Shown one piece after another: positions 16,790 through 26,695 of a stretch of DNA of 32,173 bases (the stretch's first letter is position 1; the number at the start of each line of letters is the position of its first letter). The position numbers and the translations under genes are program-made. The notes under the pieces are model-generated. The model made no database searches and was not told the DNA's origin. It was given only the letters and a program-made list of their open reading frames with translations. Source of the stretch: a virus (Duplodnaviria > Caudoviricetes); IMG/VR virus record IMGVR_UViG_3300020044_000763, positions 1-32,173 of that record. One strand, given 5' to 3'.

Positions 16790-18691
16790 ATGACTACAGA
16801 ACGTATTCCATTAACGCAGCCTATTGAGTCTCGTAATGGGACTTTTAATAAAGACTCTTACTCGTCTAATTGTTTTTTTGAAACTAGAGATACAAAACGA
16901 GAGTTTATTAAACGCCCAGGTCTTGTAGTTGGTACACAAATTACACCTGTTACACCTCCTGCTTACTTAGATAGTCAGGGGTTAAATGCTTTTAACAATA
17001 AGTTGATTGCTGTTATTAATAACGTTGTATACCAAGTAAACCCTACTGGGTATGTAGTTACAACTATAGGTTCAACATCTGTATCCACTAGTCAAAGTTA
17101 TTTTGTAAATACGTTTTTAGATGCTTATACGTTTTTTCATAACAAATTAAATCTATATTTGTACAGTAAAACTGGAGTATTTAGCACTGTAACTACAGAT
17201 AAAATTAATGCTATCACTGTTACTGAAGGCGGAACTAACTACAGCCAAGGGATTACCCTATCTTTTTCTGCTGGTGGTTGTGCTGCTACGCCTGAAGTAG
17301 ACCCTACTACTGGGGTTATCCTCAGTGCCACAATTACTAATCAAGGTTCAGGACTATCTTCTGCACCTACTATTACAATTAACTTACCTGCTAATCAAAC
17401 ACCAACTGGTACTGATATAGCAAGCAGTTACGTAGACTTTACTGTAAGTAGTGCTACGGGTTTATACGTAGGCATGACAGTTATAGGAACTGGTGTTGCT
17501 ACTGGTTCTAAGGTTACAGCTATTGCTGGTACTCAAATAACCTTAGATACTCCTAAAACAGACCCCGTATCAGGCACTATTACTTTTACAGATGAGGGTT
17601 CAGGTGGTGCTCTAACAGCCACATTAAACTTTGTGCCTACTGCACCCTATGTATCTGGTACTGTATTTTTAGATAACTATGTGTTTGTTGGCACTAGTAA
17701 TAACAGAATTTACAACTCCGACTTAGGTGATCCAACTACTTGGAACGCTTTAAACTTCTTAAGCTTTGAACAAACTTCAGATACTTTAGTAGGCATAGCT
17801 AAACATTTAAATTACCTTGTAGCTTTTGGGGCTGTAAGCACTCAGTTCTTTTATGACGTAGCTAATCCTACTGGTTCACCTTTGGGACTAGCTGCAAGTT
17901 ACACCTCTGAAATTGGTTGTGCTAATGGCGACTCTGTTGTTGCTACTAATAACACTGTTCTTTGGGTAGGCACTAGTAAAACCTATGGTAAATCTGTGTA
18001 CATGATGGATGGTACAGCTCCTGTACGTATCTCTTCTGCCAACATAGATCGACACATTGAAGCTGATGGTTTAGGTGATATAGCTGCATATTGCTACACA
18101 ATCAATGGTCATACACTGTATATCCTTACACTACATAACATCCATCAAACTTTGGTCTATGACCTTAATGAGAAGATGTGGTACACATGGACTCAATACT
18201 CTTTGCAAAGTAATGACCAACCTAACCCAGGTACGTACCAAGAATCTTACTTTAGACCTACCTATTACACCCAATTAAATGGTGTGCCTTACGTCTTAGA
18301 TGACGATACAGCAACTTTATATTACTTAAATGTCAATACATACCAAGATGCTGGTCAACCTATCTATTGCCGCACTGTCACTGACATCTCTGACAACGGA
18401 AGTACTAAGCGTAAATTCTTTGGTAGGTTAGAAATTATTGGAGATAAAGTAGCTGGAACTATGCAAATACGCCATAGTGGTGATGACTACAACACTTGGT
18501 CTAACTATAGGTCTGTAGACCTTAATGCTCCTCGTGCTCAAGTGTACCTAAGTGGTGCGGATAGGCGTAGAGCTTGGGAGTTTTTGTGTACCAGTAATGT
18601 TCCTCTTCGTCTTGACAGTGCTGAAATTGATTTCAGGATTGGTGAAATGGATCAAGAACAAGAAGTTGGTGGTGGGAGGTATCGCAGATGA
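16790..18691 (+). CDS. Tail nozzle / DNA stabilization protein (P22 gp10-like) with an inserted beta module
   Basis: KRPGL motif, FLDNYVFV, IYNSDLGDPTTW, IGCA...SV, YTINGH..YIL, TLVYDL..KMW, SGDDYNTWSN..R, RRRAWEF. Confidence 0.82.
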   Translation: MTTERIPLTQPIESRNGTFNKDSYSSNCFFETRDTKREFIKRPGLVVGTQITPVTPPAYLDSQGLNAFNNKLIAVINNVVYQVNPTGYVVTTIGSTSVSTSQSYFVNTFLDAYTFFHNKLNLYLYSKTGVFSTVTTDKINAITVTEGGTNYSQGITLSFSAGGCAATPEVDPTTGVILSATITNQGSGLSSAPTITINLPANQTPTGTDIASSYVDFTVSSATGLYVGMTVIGTGVATGSKVTAIAGTQITLDTPKTDPVSGTITFTDEGSGGALTATLNFVPTAPYVSGTVFLDNYVFVGTSNNRIYNSDLGDPTTWNALNFLSFEQTSDTLVGIAKHLNYLVAFGAVSTQFFYDVANPTGSPLGLAASYTSEIGCANGDSVVATNNTVLWVGTSKTYGKSVYMMDGTAPVRISSANIDRHIEADGLGDIAAYCYTINGHTLYILTLHNIHQTLVYDLNEKMWYTWTQYSLQSNDQPNPGTYQESYFRPTYYTQLNGVPYVLDDDTATLYYLNVNTYQDAGQPIYCRTVTDISDNGSTKRKFFGRLEIIGDKVAGTMQIRHSGDDYNTWSNYRSVDLNAPRAQVYLSGADRRRAWEFLCTSNVPLRLDSAEIDFRIGEMDQEQEVGGGRYRR

Positions 18692-19191
18692 CTGAGATTG
18701 TTACTAATAACAACATTAGTAAAGTGCAGTTTCGAGAGAACATCATTAATGTTCAAGAGGGACTGTTAAAAATGATTGCTGAAGGTACAACTAAAGATAC
18801 TTTGCCTGACTGCAAATTAACCCATTATTACGCTCCTATTGATGAGAACTATGGTTGCGGCACTTACGCCCGACAAATGTTTATTCCCAAAGGAACCTTA
18901 ATAATAGGTAAAATTCATAGGCATCAACACTTAAACTTTATCATGCAAGGTAAAGTGTCTGTGTCAACAGAGTTTGGACCAAAGTATTTTGAGGCTCCTT
19001 GTATCTTTGTTTCTGAGATAGGTCTTAAACGTGCTGTTATTGCAGAGGAAGATACCATCTGGGTAACAGTACATCTCACTAAACATTTAGGTGAAGAAAA
19101 CCTAGCTAAGATGGAAGAAGAAGTAATTGCTCCATCTTATAAAGAACTGGGTCTGATTGACTCAACTAAAGACTTGATTACGGAGAAATAA
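18688..19191 (+). CDS. Cupin-fold protein
   Basis: YARQMFIPKGTLIIGKIHRHQHLNFIMQGKVSV...KRAVIAEEDTIWVTVH double-stranded beta-helix pattern; ATGA-coupled to the nozzle gene. Confidence 0.7.
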   Translation: MTEIVTNNNISKVQFRENIINVQEGLLKMIAEGTTKDTLPDCKLTHYYAPIDENYGCGTYARQMFIPKGTLIIGKIHRHQHLNFIMQGKVSVSTEFGPKYFEAPCIFVSEIGLKRAVIAEEDTIWVTVHLTKHLGEENLAKMEEEVIAPSYKELGLIDSTKDLITEK

Positions 19192-19192
19192 A

Positions 19193-19822
19193 ATGACTTT
19201 TGGTTTAACTGCTGTACAAGCCATCTCAATAGCTGGTGGTATTAACTCCCTTACTCAAGGTGGTGTTAGTAAGATGCTTGGTTTTGAAGGAGCACCTAGT
19301 GGTGCTGAAACACGACGTATGGCTGATCCTTTTATGGATTACAGAGCTAACTTAGGTGCTATGTATTCTGGTGCATTACAACCAGGAGCAAGCACTAATA
19401 TTGAATCTATGCCAGGATTCTCTCAATATCAAACGGGAGTTATAGACCCTGCTATGGAAGCAACACAACGTACTGCAGCTAAGTCAGGTATGTTGTACTC
19501 TGGTAATGAGATGCAAGCACTCCAACAAACTGGTCAAAAAGGTTACTATGGTTTTATGACTGATTACCTCAATCGTCTTGCTCAAGGTTCTGGTGCTACT
19601 AACAATCCTGCTCAAGCTGCAGGTATGGGTTTAGCTCAGATGGGACAAAACCAACAAGGCTTTATGCAAGGCATGGGTGCTGCTGGTCAAATAGCTGGTC
19701 AATTTGCTGGCTCAAATGCTTCAACACCTATGAGCTATGTTAATCAAGGCTACGCTGATCCTAATGCTGTTTATGGTCAGTACGAAGGTGCTGTTCAAGG
19801 CGGCATTTATGGTGGCGCATAA
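19193..19822 (+). CDS. Ejection / internal virion protein 1 (P22 gp7-like position)
   Basis: G/A/Q/M-rich; PGFSQY...G...A.QR.AAKSGML.SGN...AL motif typical of DNA-transfer proteins. Confidence 0.7.
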   Translation: MTFGLTAVQAISIAGGINSLTQGGVSKMLGFEGAPSGAETRRMADPFMDYRANLGAMYSGALQPGASTNIESMPGFSQYQTGVIDPAMEATQRTAAKSGMLYSGNEMQALQQTGQKGYYGFMTDYLNRLAQGSGATNNPAQAAGMGLAQMGQNQQGFMQGMGAAGQIAGQFAGSNASTPMSYVNQGYADPNAVYGQYEGAVQGGIYGGA

Positions 19823-19841
19823 AAATAATAGGGATTAAATC

Positions 19842-21128
19842 ATGGCATTCTTAATGACAGACATGGTTGCTGGCAGTAATGCTGCCCGTACCCTACAACA
19901 AAATGTATATGGTGCTCAATATGATGAGGCCAATACTGCTGCTGCTGCAGAACAAATGCAACAGAAGACACAAGAAGGCAAGATTAAACTTGAACAAGAC
20001 CAACTTAATGTTGAAAAAACTAAGCTTTCTAATCTTGTTGCTGATACTGGATTTAAAGCCAGTGAATCCTCTAAAGCAAAACTAAGAGCATTAGCTGAAA
20101 CACCAGAGTTTAAAGCTGCAACTGATGCTGAAAAGTTACGTTTATCTGCTGCCATTCAATTTCAAAATGCTGATGTAGAGAATGGTGTTAAAACTTTAAC
20201 TGCTGCTGAGTTGTATGACACCAGAGAGTTGGCTAATAAACAAAAGACTTTAGATCAAACAGCTCAACAAATTGGTAATGCTTATGGTGTTATTGCCGCC
20301 GTTCCCGATGACAAAGTAAATGAATTTGTAGACCAGTTACCTGCAGAAAGTAAAAAAGCTCTTATTGGTCAAGTTGGTGAAGCCAACTGGAATAAGATGA
20401 CTGGTGCTGAAAAGAAAGAAGCTACTAAGAACCTTATGCTAAATGCTAAAGGTCAGATGGCTACTCAACTTAAACAAATTGAATTAGAAAAACAAGCTCT
20501 TGTTAATGAATCTCGTGAACGCATTGAACGTATTCGTCAAGATGGTTTGCTTAATCGCAAACTAACTGGTGGTACTGATCGTGAGATGCGTGATTGGAAT
20601 TTGTACAACAAAGCTGTTGAAAACATTGATAGGTCTGGTAAAAAGACTTTAGAAAAGTTAACTGAAGCTGTTGATGCGGCTGATGCTGCACAAGAAAAAA
20701 GCAAAGTAGGATTGTTGTGGAATAGTTCTGAACCTAGTGAAAAAGCAGCTTTGGCTTATAGAAAAGCTGTTGAAGCTCGTGATAAATTTCAACGTAGTCA
20801 AATTAAAAAGCAACTTGATATTGCTACAACTGCTCCTGATTTTCCAGGTAAACAAGCTGTTGTTGATAACTTAACTAAAGAGTTAGAGTTATTCCCTGAA
20901 CCTACAGCACCTAAAGAACAGAAACCAGAAGCTGCAAAACCTGCTGCTAAAGCAGAAACTGCTGCTCCCGCTAAAGCTGGTGCTACTAGTAACAAACCTC
21001 CTGCTAAACTAACTCAAGAGCAAAACAACGCAGCTATTACTAAGGCTAATGAAGCCATTAAGAATGGTGCTGATCCAGAAAAAGTTAAGGCTAGACTAAA
21101 AGAAGCTGGTGTTTCATTTAAGGAGTAA
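19842..21128 (+). CDS. Ejection / internal virion protein 2
   Basis: 428 aa helical, A/Q/K/E-rich; Pro/Ala linker; terminal motif AIKNGADPEKVKARL. Confidence 0.65.
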   Translation: MAFLMTDMVAGSNAARTLQQNVYGAQYDEANTAAAAEQMQQKTQEGKIKLEQDQLNVEKTKLSNLVADTGFKASESSKAKLRALAETPEFKAATDAEKLRLSAAIQFQNADVENGVKTLTAAELYDTRELANKQKTLDQTAQQIGNAYGVIAAVPDDKVNEFVDQLPAESKKALIGQVGEANWNKMTGAEKKEATKNLMLNAKGQMATQLKQIELEKQALVNESRERIERIRQDGLLNRKLTGGTDREMRDWNLYNKAVENIDRSGKKTLEKLTEAVDAADAAQEKSKVGLLWNSSEPSEKAALAYRKAVEARDKFQRSQIKKQLDIATTAPDFPGKQAVVDNLTKELELFPEPTAPKEQKPEAAKPAAKAETAAPAKAGATSNKPPAKLTQEQNNAAITKANEAIKNGADPEKVKARLKEAGVSFKE

Positions 21129-21131
21129 TGT

Positions 21132-24100
21132 ATGGCTAACAACATCTCTTTTGATGATTTGATTCCAAGTAAACAAACAGATAAATCAGCTCCTTCCAAG
21201 GGAGCTGATATTTCTTTTGATGATCTAATACCTAAACAAGCAGAAGCTAGAACTTCTACTACCCCCCTTATTGAGGGTAAAGGTGGTGCTGCTTTTGGTG
21301 TATACCCTAAAGCTAGTTTAGATCAAGAGTCTCCTAGTAGGATTGCTACAAACATTGGTCGTACAGCAACAGAAGCTGTTATTCCTACTGGTGCTGGCTT
21401 AGCTGGCTTTGGTGCAGGTATGGCTGCTTCTATGCCTGTAGCTACTGCTGTTGCTCCTTTAACTGGTCCTTTTGCTCCTGTTGTTGCTGGAGCTATTCAA
21501 CTTAGTGGCGGTCTTGGTGGAGCATTCTTAGCATCAGGTTCTGCTAAAAAAGTACAAGACTGGATGCATGAATTGTTTGCTCCAGAAGACTTTGCTAAAC
21601 GTCAAGAAGAAAAGAAAGCATTCCCTGGAGCTACATTTGTAACTGAGTTGGGTGTAGGTATGGCAGGTATGTCTCCTAAAACTGCTGTTACTGCTCTGTC
21701 TCCCACTGCAGGTAAAGTTGCCAAGCTTGCTTCTACAGATGTTGGTCAACGTCTTATCTCTGGTGGTATGCAAGGTGGTATTGAAGCTGGTGTTGAGTAT
21801 GCAGGTGAAGGAACAATCACTCCTTGGAAAGTAGGTGCATCTACTGTTGCAGGTATGGCTATGCCTGGCTTTAACGTAGCAGGTAAGATTCCCTTTGCTT
21901 TAGGCACTAAGGTTGGTGAGAAGATTGGTTCAAAAATTTCTACTATCCTGCCTGGTGGTGGAGATACAACAATTAAATCTACTAATGATCCTCTGCCTCC
22001 TAGACCACCTGAAGGTGCTACAGCAGAAGAGAAAGCTGTATACCTACAAAAACTTGAAGCTATTAAAGCTGAACGTGATGATAAAGCTGCGTTAGTTGAA
22101 ACTGCTATTAGGAACAAAGAGACTGGTGCTATTGAACGCATGGGTCCAAAACATGATGAACAGCGTAAGCTTGAAACTGCTGATACACATGACCAAGGTT
22201 TTGTAGATGAGCGTGGTAACTTCTTAACTCGTCAGGAAGCTGCTACACGGGCTACAAGAACTGGTCAGATTCCTGTTGATTACTTACCTGAAAATCCTGA
22301 AATAGGTTTGCGTAGTGAAGACTTGCGTAAGGCAGGTGACAAACGTTTTGAACTTCCTGTTGAGCAGGATGTTAATGCTCCTCCTAAAGAAGTTATTACA
22401 GAGAAGCCTACTGAAAATAAAGACTACTACAGAAAACAACTTAATGCTCTTGAGGGTGATAAAACAACTGTCAGGGAAGAAATTCTTATGGCAACTCAAG
22501 AAGGTGATGCTACAAGACTTGTTAAATGGCAAAAAGAATTAGAAACAATTAACTCTGAAATTAAAAAAACAGAAGGTTTAATTAGTGTTGCAGACAAAGG
22601 CAGAACTGACTTTAGAAAAGCTCTTGAAGACAATGAGTACAAACGACTTGAACTAGAGTTTGAGTCAGAAAAAGCTGCGTCTATTGGTGACGAGCAACGT
22701 GTTACTAGTATCAATGAACAAATTAAACAATTAGAAGCAGAACATGCTCAGTTGTTTAAGGATATGCCTTCTGTTAAATTTGAGAATCCTAGAAAACCAA
22801 CTTGGGAAGAACTGCAAGACCATTTGTATGGTGTTAAAACCATTGGTGAAGCATTTGATCGCATACTTGCTACCAAAGAACTTGGAAGAATTAGTCAACG
22901 AATATTAATGAAAGCTCTTAATGAGTCTAATTTTATTCGCAGTGCTCGACTAGAGTTTTACCAAGACTATCTTATGTATCAAGACAAAGATGGTAATTGG
23001 AAACAAGATGCTGCTGGTTTGTATTTAGGTGGTGATGAACACTTAGTGCAGATGGGTAGACAAGGAGACATGCATCCTTTGTTACATGAAGCTATTCATG
23101 CTGGCACACAAAAACTACTGTCTGAACAAGGTAGTACTGCTGCTATTAAAATGCAGGAGTTGTATGATAAATACAAAGCTTCTCATGGTGATGACAGCTA
23201 TGGATTTACTGATGTACATGAGTTTGCTGCTGAAGCATTTACTAGTAAAGCATTCCAAAAGTTATTGGCTGGTATCCAGGTTGGACAACAACCTAAAGGT
23301 GTTGCTAGTAACATATGGGCTGCTTTTAAAGAAACAGTCCGTAAAGGTTTAGGAGTACCAGAGGGTGCTCGTACAGCTTTTGATGAAGTGATGGATCAAG
23401 GTATTTCTTTAATTAAACAATCTAAAGACTTTACTCCTCGTCCTGATTTTGCTCCTAACGTTAGCCCGTCTAAACCACCTAGCTCACCAGATGAGCCTAG
23501 CACAACACCTGGCTCTTCTGTTAAGAGCATGTTGGAAAAAGACAAGACTGCTCCTGTTGATAGAACTAAAACTGATCCTCGTGACGTTAAAGACGAAAAG
23601 GAATTCTATGAAATTGCCACTGATATTTACGAAAAGCATGGACCTACTGAGGCTACTAGGTTCTACGAAGGTTATCGAGAATATAAAAAGACTTGGCTCG
23701 AACCTATTAAAGAAACTGAAAAGTTTGTTGGCATCAACATCAAAAACAAATTAGCTAATGATCGCATCATCCACAATGAGATGGGTCAAATGCAAGAGGT
23801 TGTTCCTGATCCTGCTCGTAGAGAAGCCATTGCTGTAGCTGTTGATAAGGGTGATCTATCTGGTCTAAGCCCAGAAGAACTTGTTGTTGCTAAACAATAT
23901 GAGGCTCTTGTTAAAGACATTGGTGATCGTGCTGTTAAAGAAGGTGTTGTTAAAGGTCTGCTTGAAGACTACGTTACTCACATTCTTGATTGGCGTGGTG
24001 CTCCCAAAGGTGCTCGTGAAGAGTTTATTCAATCGTTACTAGGAACAGGTAAACGTGATCCCGCTATGGGAGGCATGACTACTGAATCCAAGTTTGGTAA

Positions 24101-25880
24101 AGAACGTAAGTTTAAAACCTTTGCTGACCTAGAGTGGTACATCAATGATGTCAACGCTCGTATTGAAGCTGCTGGTAAATCTGATTGGAGACTGCAGCTT
24201 AAAACCAAAGACATTGCACAAATCTACAAAGAATATGCAACGTCAATGGAAAAAGCTATTGAAAATAAAAAGTTAGTAGATAGTCTTAAGCAAATACGTA
24301 ATGTTGAGGGTGAATCTTTAATTAAAGAAGTAGATAAAGAAAACCCAATGCCTTATGGTTGGCAGATGATGGACAGTCCTCAGTTTGCTGGGTATGCTGT
24401 TCACCCTGATTTGATGCCAGCTTTAAAGTTTGTGTTTGATGCTGGACCTGGCGATTTGATGACTGCGCTAGGCTATGTGTCTCAACTTACTAAACGTATT
24501 AACGTTATTGGTTCTTTCTTCCATGCTAAATCTTTGATTGAGGTTTTGTCTAGCACTGGTTCCGCTATTCCATTGTGGACTCCTGCTAAAGAAATTACTT
24601 TGGGTGGTATAGATAAGTTATTAGGAACAAAATACTCTGGCATTACCAAAGCTCTAGACCAGTTTAAAAAGGGTGGTTTAGGTGACAACGTAGACAAGTG
24701 GATCAAAGAAGGTGGATTAGTTTTAGAAGTTCCAGAAGATGTCTCTAAAGGAATCTTGTCTGCTACAGGTAAATTTGCAGATTCAATGATTAGCAAGTAT
24801 GGTCCTAAAACTCGTGTACTTGAGTCGTCTTTGTCTGCTGTAGAAAAAGCTACCCTGGGTATCTTTGATAAGATTACTTGGGATTTCTTGCACACTGGTG
24901 GCAAGATAATGGTTGCTGATGCTTACCTAGGCAGAGCACGTATGGAAGCACTCAGAGCAGGTAAACCATTTGATGAAGTTGCTGCTCGTAAAGAAATTTC
25001 TAGTTTTGTTAACGACAGCTTTGGTGGTTTGAATTGGTTTGATGCTGCTACGCAAACACAAAATGAATTTGCTAAGCGTATGGCTATGGCTGCTTACAGT
25101 CCTGCTGGTCGTAGAGGTTTGCAGATTATGTTGTTTGCTCCTGATTGGACGCTCTCAACAATTCGTGCTTTTACTGCTGCCCTTCCAAAAGGTTTAAATC
25201 CTACCAAATGGAATCCTGTTGAAGGCATCAAAGGCATGATGACTCCTACAACCAAAGCTGACTATGCTAGGTTGTATCAATTTAAAACTGCAATTGCTTA
25301 CATCACTTTAGTTAACACCATTAATATGATGGTAGCTGGTAGACCTGCATGGGAAAACAAAGACCCAACACGTATTGAGTTTCCAGATGGTACGTCTATG
25401 CAAGCTATGAAACACGCTATGGAACCAGCTCACTGGATTATGGACCCAGCTAAAACTCTATCTAACAAATTAGGGTTTATACCTAAAGCTGCAATCATTG
25501 GTGTTGCTGGTACTGAGTATGCTTCTCCACAAGCTCCTAAACTAGTTGATCCTAGTGCTTTGGGTAGAGCAGAAGCTATTCTAAAAGGTGCTGTTCCATT
25601 CCAAGTGTCTGCTGCTAGAGAAGCTCCTGAAGGTGAAGGTGCTAAACGTGCGTTACTAGGAACATTAGGTTTCCCTCTTTATGGTTCTACTAAAGAACAA
25701 AAGAAAGAGAAAAGAGCTGAACGAGAGTTGACTCTTAAAGAAAACGCTTGGAAATACAGGGATAAAGAAATCAAAGCTGGTAGAGAACCCTTGACTAGTG
25801 AGCACAATAAACAAGGTGAAACTTTACGCAAACGTAGACAAGAGTTTGATAAAAAGAAAGCTGCAAAAGATGGCGAATAG
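21132..25880 (+). CDS. Large multidomain ejection protein with a zincin-like HExxH domain
   Basis: 1582 aa; Gly/Ala hydrophobic N-terminal region; LLHEAIHAGT...HEFAAEAF; last and largest of three ejection genes. Confidence 0.72.
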   Translation: MANNISFDDLIPSKQTDKSAPSKGADISFDDLIPKQAEARTSTTPLIEGKGGAAFGVYPKASLDQESPSRIATNIGRTATEAVIPTGAGLAGFGAGMAASMPVATAVAPLTGPFAPVVAGAIQLSGGLGGAFLASGSAKKVQDWMHELFAPEDFAKRQEEKKAFPGATFVTELGVGMAGMSPKTAVTALSPTAGKVAKLASTDVGQRLISGGMQGGIEAGVEYAGEGTITPWKVGASTVAGMAMPGFNVAGKIPFALGTKVGEKIGSKISTILPGGGDTTIKSTNDPLPPRPPEGATAEEKAVYLQKLEAIKAERDDKAALVETAIRNKETGAIERMGPKHDEQRKLETADTHDQGFVDERGNFLTRQEAATRATRTGQIPVDYLPENPEIGLRSEDLRKAGDKRFELPVEQDVNAPPKEVITEKPTENKDYYRKQLNALEGDKTTVREEILMATQEGDATRLVKWQKELETINSEIKKTEGLISVADKGRTDFRKALEDNEYKRLELEFESEKAASIGDEQRVTSINEQIKQLEAEHAQLFKDMPSVKFENPRKPTWEELQDHLYGVKTIGEAFDRILATKELGRISQRILMKALNESNFIRSARLEFYQDYLMYQDKDGNWKQDAAGLYLGGDEHLVQMGRQGDMHPLLHEAIHAGTQKLLSEQGSTAAIKMQELYDKYKASHGDDSYGFTDVHEFAAEAFTSKAFQKLLAGIQVGQQPKGVASNIWAAFKETVRKGLGVPEGARTAFDEVMDQGISLIKQSKDFTPRPDFAPNVSPSKPPSSPDEPSTTPGSSVKSMLEKDKTAPVDRTKTDPRDVKDEKEFYEIATDIYEKHGPTEATRFYEGYREYKKTWLEPIKETEKFVGINIKNKLANDRIIHNEMGQMQEVVPDPARREAIAVAVDKGDLSGLSPEELVVAKQYEALVKDIGDRAVKEGVVKGLLEDYVTHILDWRGAPKGAREEFIQSLLGTGKRDPAMGGMTTESKFGKERKFKTFADLEWYINDVNARIEAAGKSDWRLQLKTKDIAQIYKEYATSMEKAIENKKLVDSLKQIRNVEGESLIKEVDKENPMPYGWQMMDSPQFAGYAVHPDLMPALKFVFDAGPGDLMTALGYVSQLTKRINVIGSFFHAKSLIEVLSSTGSAIPLWTPAKEITLGGIDKLLGTKYSGITKALDQFKKGGLGDNVDKWIKEGGLVLEVPEDVSKGILSATGKFADSMISKYGPKTRVLESSLSAVEKATLGIFDKITWDFLHTGGKIMVADAYLGRARMEALRAGKPFDEVAARKEISSFVNDSFGGLNWFDAATQTQNEFAKRMAMAAYSPAGRRGLQIMLFAPDWTLSTIRAFTAALPKGLNPTKWNPVEGIKGMMTPTTKADYARLYQFKTAIAYITLVNTINMMVAGRPAWENKDPTRIEFPDGTSMQAMKHAMEPAHWIMDPAKTLSNKLGFIPKAAIIGVAGTEYASPQAPKLVDPSALGRAEAILKGAVPFQVSAAREAPEGEGAKRALLGTLGFPLYGSTKEQKKEKRAERELTLKENAWKYRDKEIKAGREPLTSEHNKQGETLRKRRQEFDKKKAAKDGE

Positions 25881-26574
25881 ACCTGTTGCACCTATACCCC
25901 AAGATAAGATTGGGGAAAGCTTTGTCTGGAGAGATTGGTTTCAGAAACTAAGCGATAAAGTTTATGGCTCTATGAGCCAACAAAACTCTGATGCTATTAG
26001 TGTCTCTGGTGGTACTGCTAATAACGTTAGTTTTTCTAACGTCACTATTGTAAAAAGCAAAATAGATAGCACACCTATAGGTCAATACTACCCTTCTACT
26101 GGATACTTTACTTCTGTAAAAATAGACAAACCTTTAGCTGTTATCTATGGTGGTACTGGAACATCAACGCCAAGCCTTATAGCTGGTACAAACATAACAA
26201 TTACTGGAACCTGGCCTAATCAAACAATCAATGCTTCTGGTGGTGGAGGCGGTAGTGGTAGTGCTCCAGTTACTTACACAGCTAATTTTAGTGTTGCTAC
26301 CAGTGACATCTGGATTATTAACAATAAACCTAGTACTTCTTGTGTAGCTACTTTGCCTACAGCATCTGCTAATGCAGGACGTATTCTTAGGTTTCAAAAT
26401 TACCAGGCTCAAACATTGGTGTCTGCTTCTTCTAATGTAGTCCCACTTGTGGGTGGAGCTGCTAGTACTGCTATTCTTGCTGCCGTTGCTGGTGATACTT
26501 GTACGCTTGTATCTGATGGAACAAGTTGGGTAATGACACAATATGTTCCTAATAACGTCTTACTCTTAGAGTAA
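25870..26574 (+). CDS. Tail fibre or needle-like protein
   Basis: ATG 25870 preferred over GTG 25798; WRDWFQKL motif, ISVSGGT/IDSTPIG/GGTG fibre repeats, TLP.A...G...LVSDGTSW C-terminal domain. Confidence 0.7.
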   Translation: MANRPVAPIPQDKIGESFVWRDWFQKLSDKVYGSMSQQNSDAISVSGGTANNVSFSNVTIVKSKIDSTPIGQYYPSTGYFTSVKIDKPLAVIYGGTGTSTPSLIAGTNITITGTWPNQTINASGGGGGSGSAPVTYTANFSVATSDIWIINNKPSTSCVATLPTASANAGRILRFQNYQAQTLVSASSNVVPLVGGAASTAILAAVAGDTCTLVSDGTSWVMTQYVPNNVLLLE

Positions 26575-26575
26575 T

Positions 26576-26695
26576 ATGTTTGAACTTTTGCTATTCTTGT
26601 CCATTGAATACAGGTGTGTTAAATGGATGTGGGTAGGGGATGTGTACAGCCGAAGGGTTTACTGTGTTAAATGGGAAAAGGTTGAACGAAAATGA
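26576..26695 (+). CDS. 39-aa protein (absent from ORF track)
   Basis: MFELLLFLSIEYRCVKWMWVGDVYSRRVYCVKWEKVERK; starts 1 nt after the upstream stop; TGA overlaps the next ATG (ATGA). Confidence 0.65.
   Translation: MFELLLFLSIEYRCVKWMWVGDVYSRRVYCVKWEKVERK

Noticed and set aside
25798-25869. GTG-initiated extension of the fibre/needle gene
   Set aside because: It would overlap the ejection gene by more than 80 nt; ATG 25870 gives a typical short overlap.
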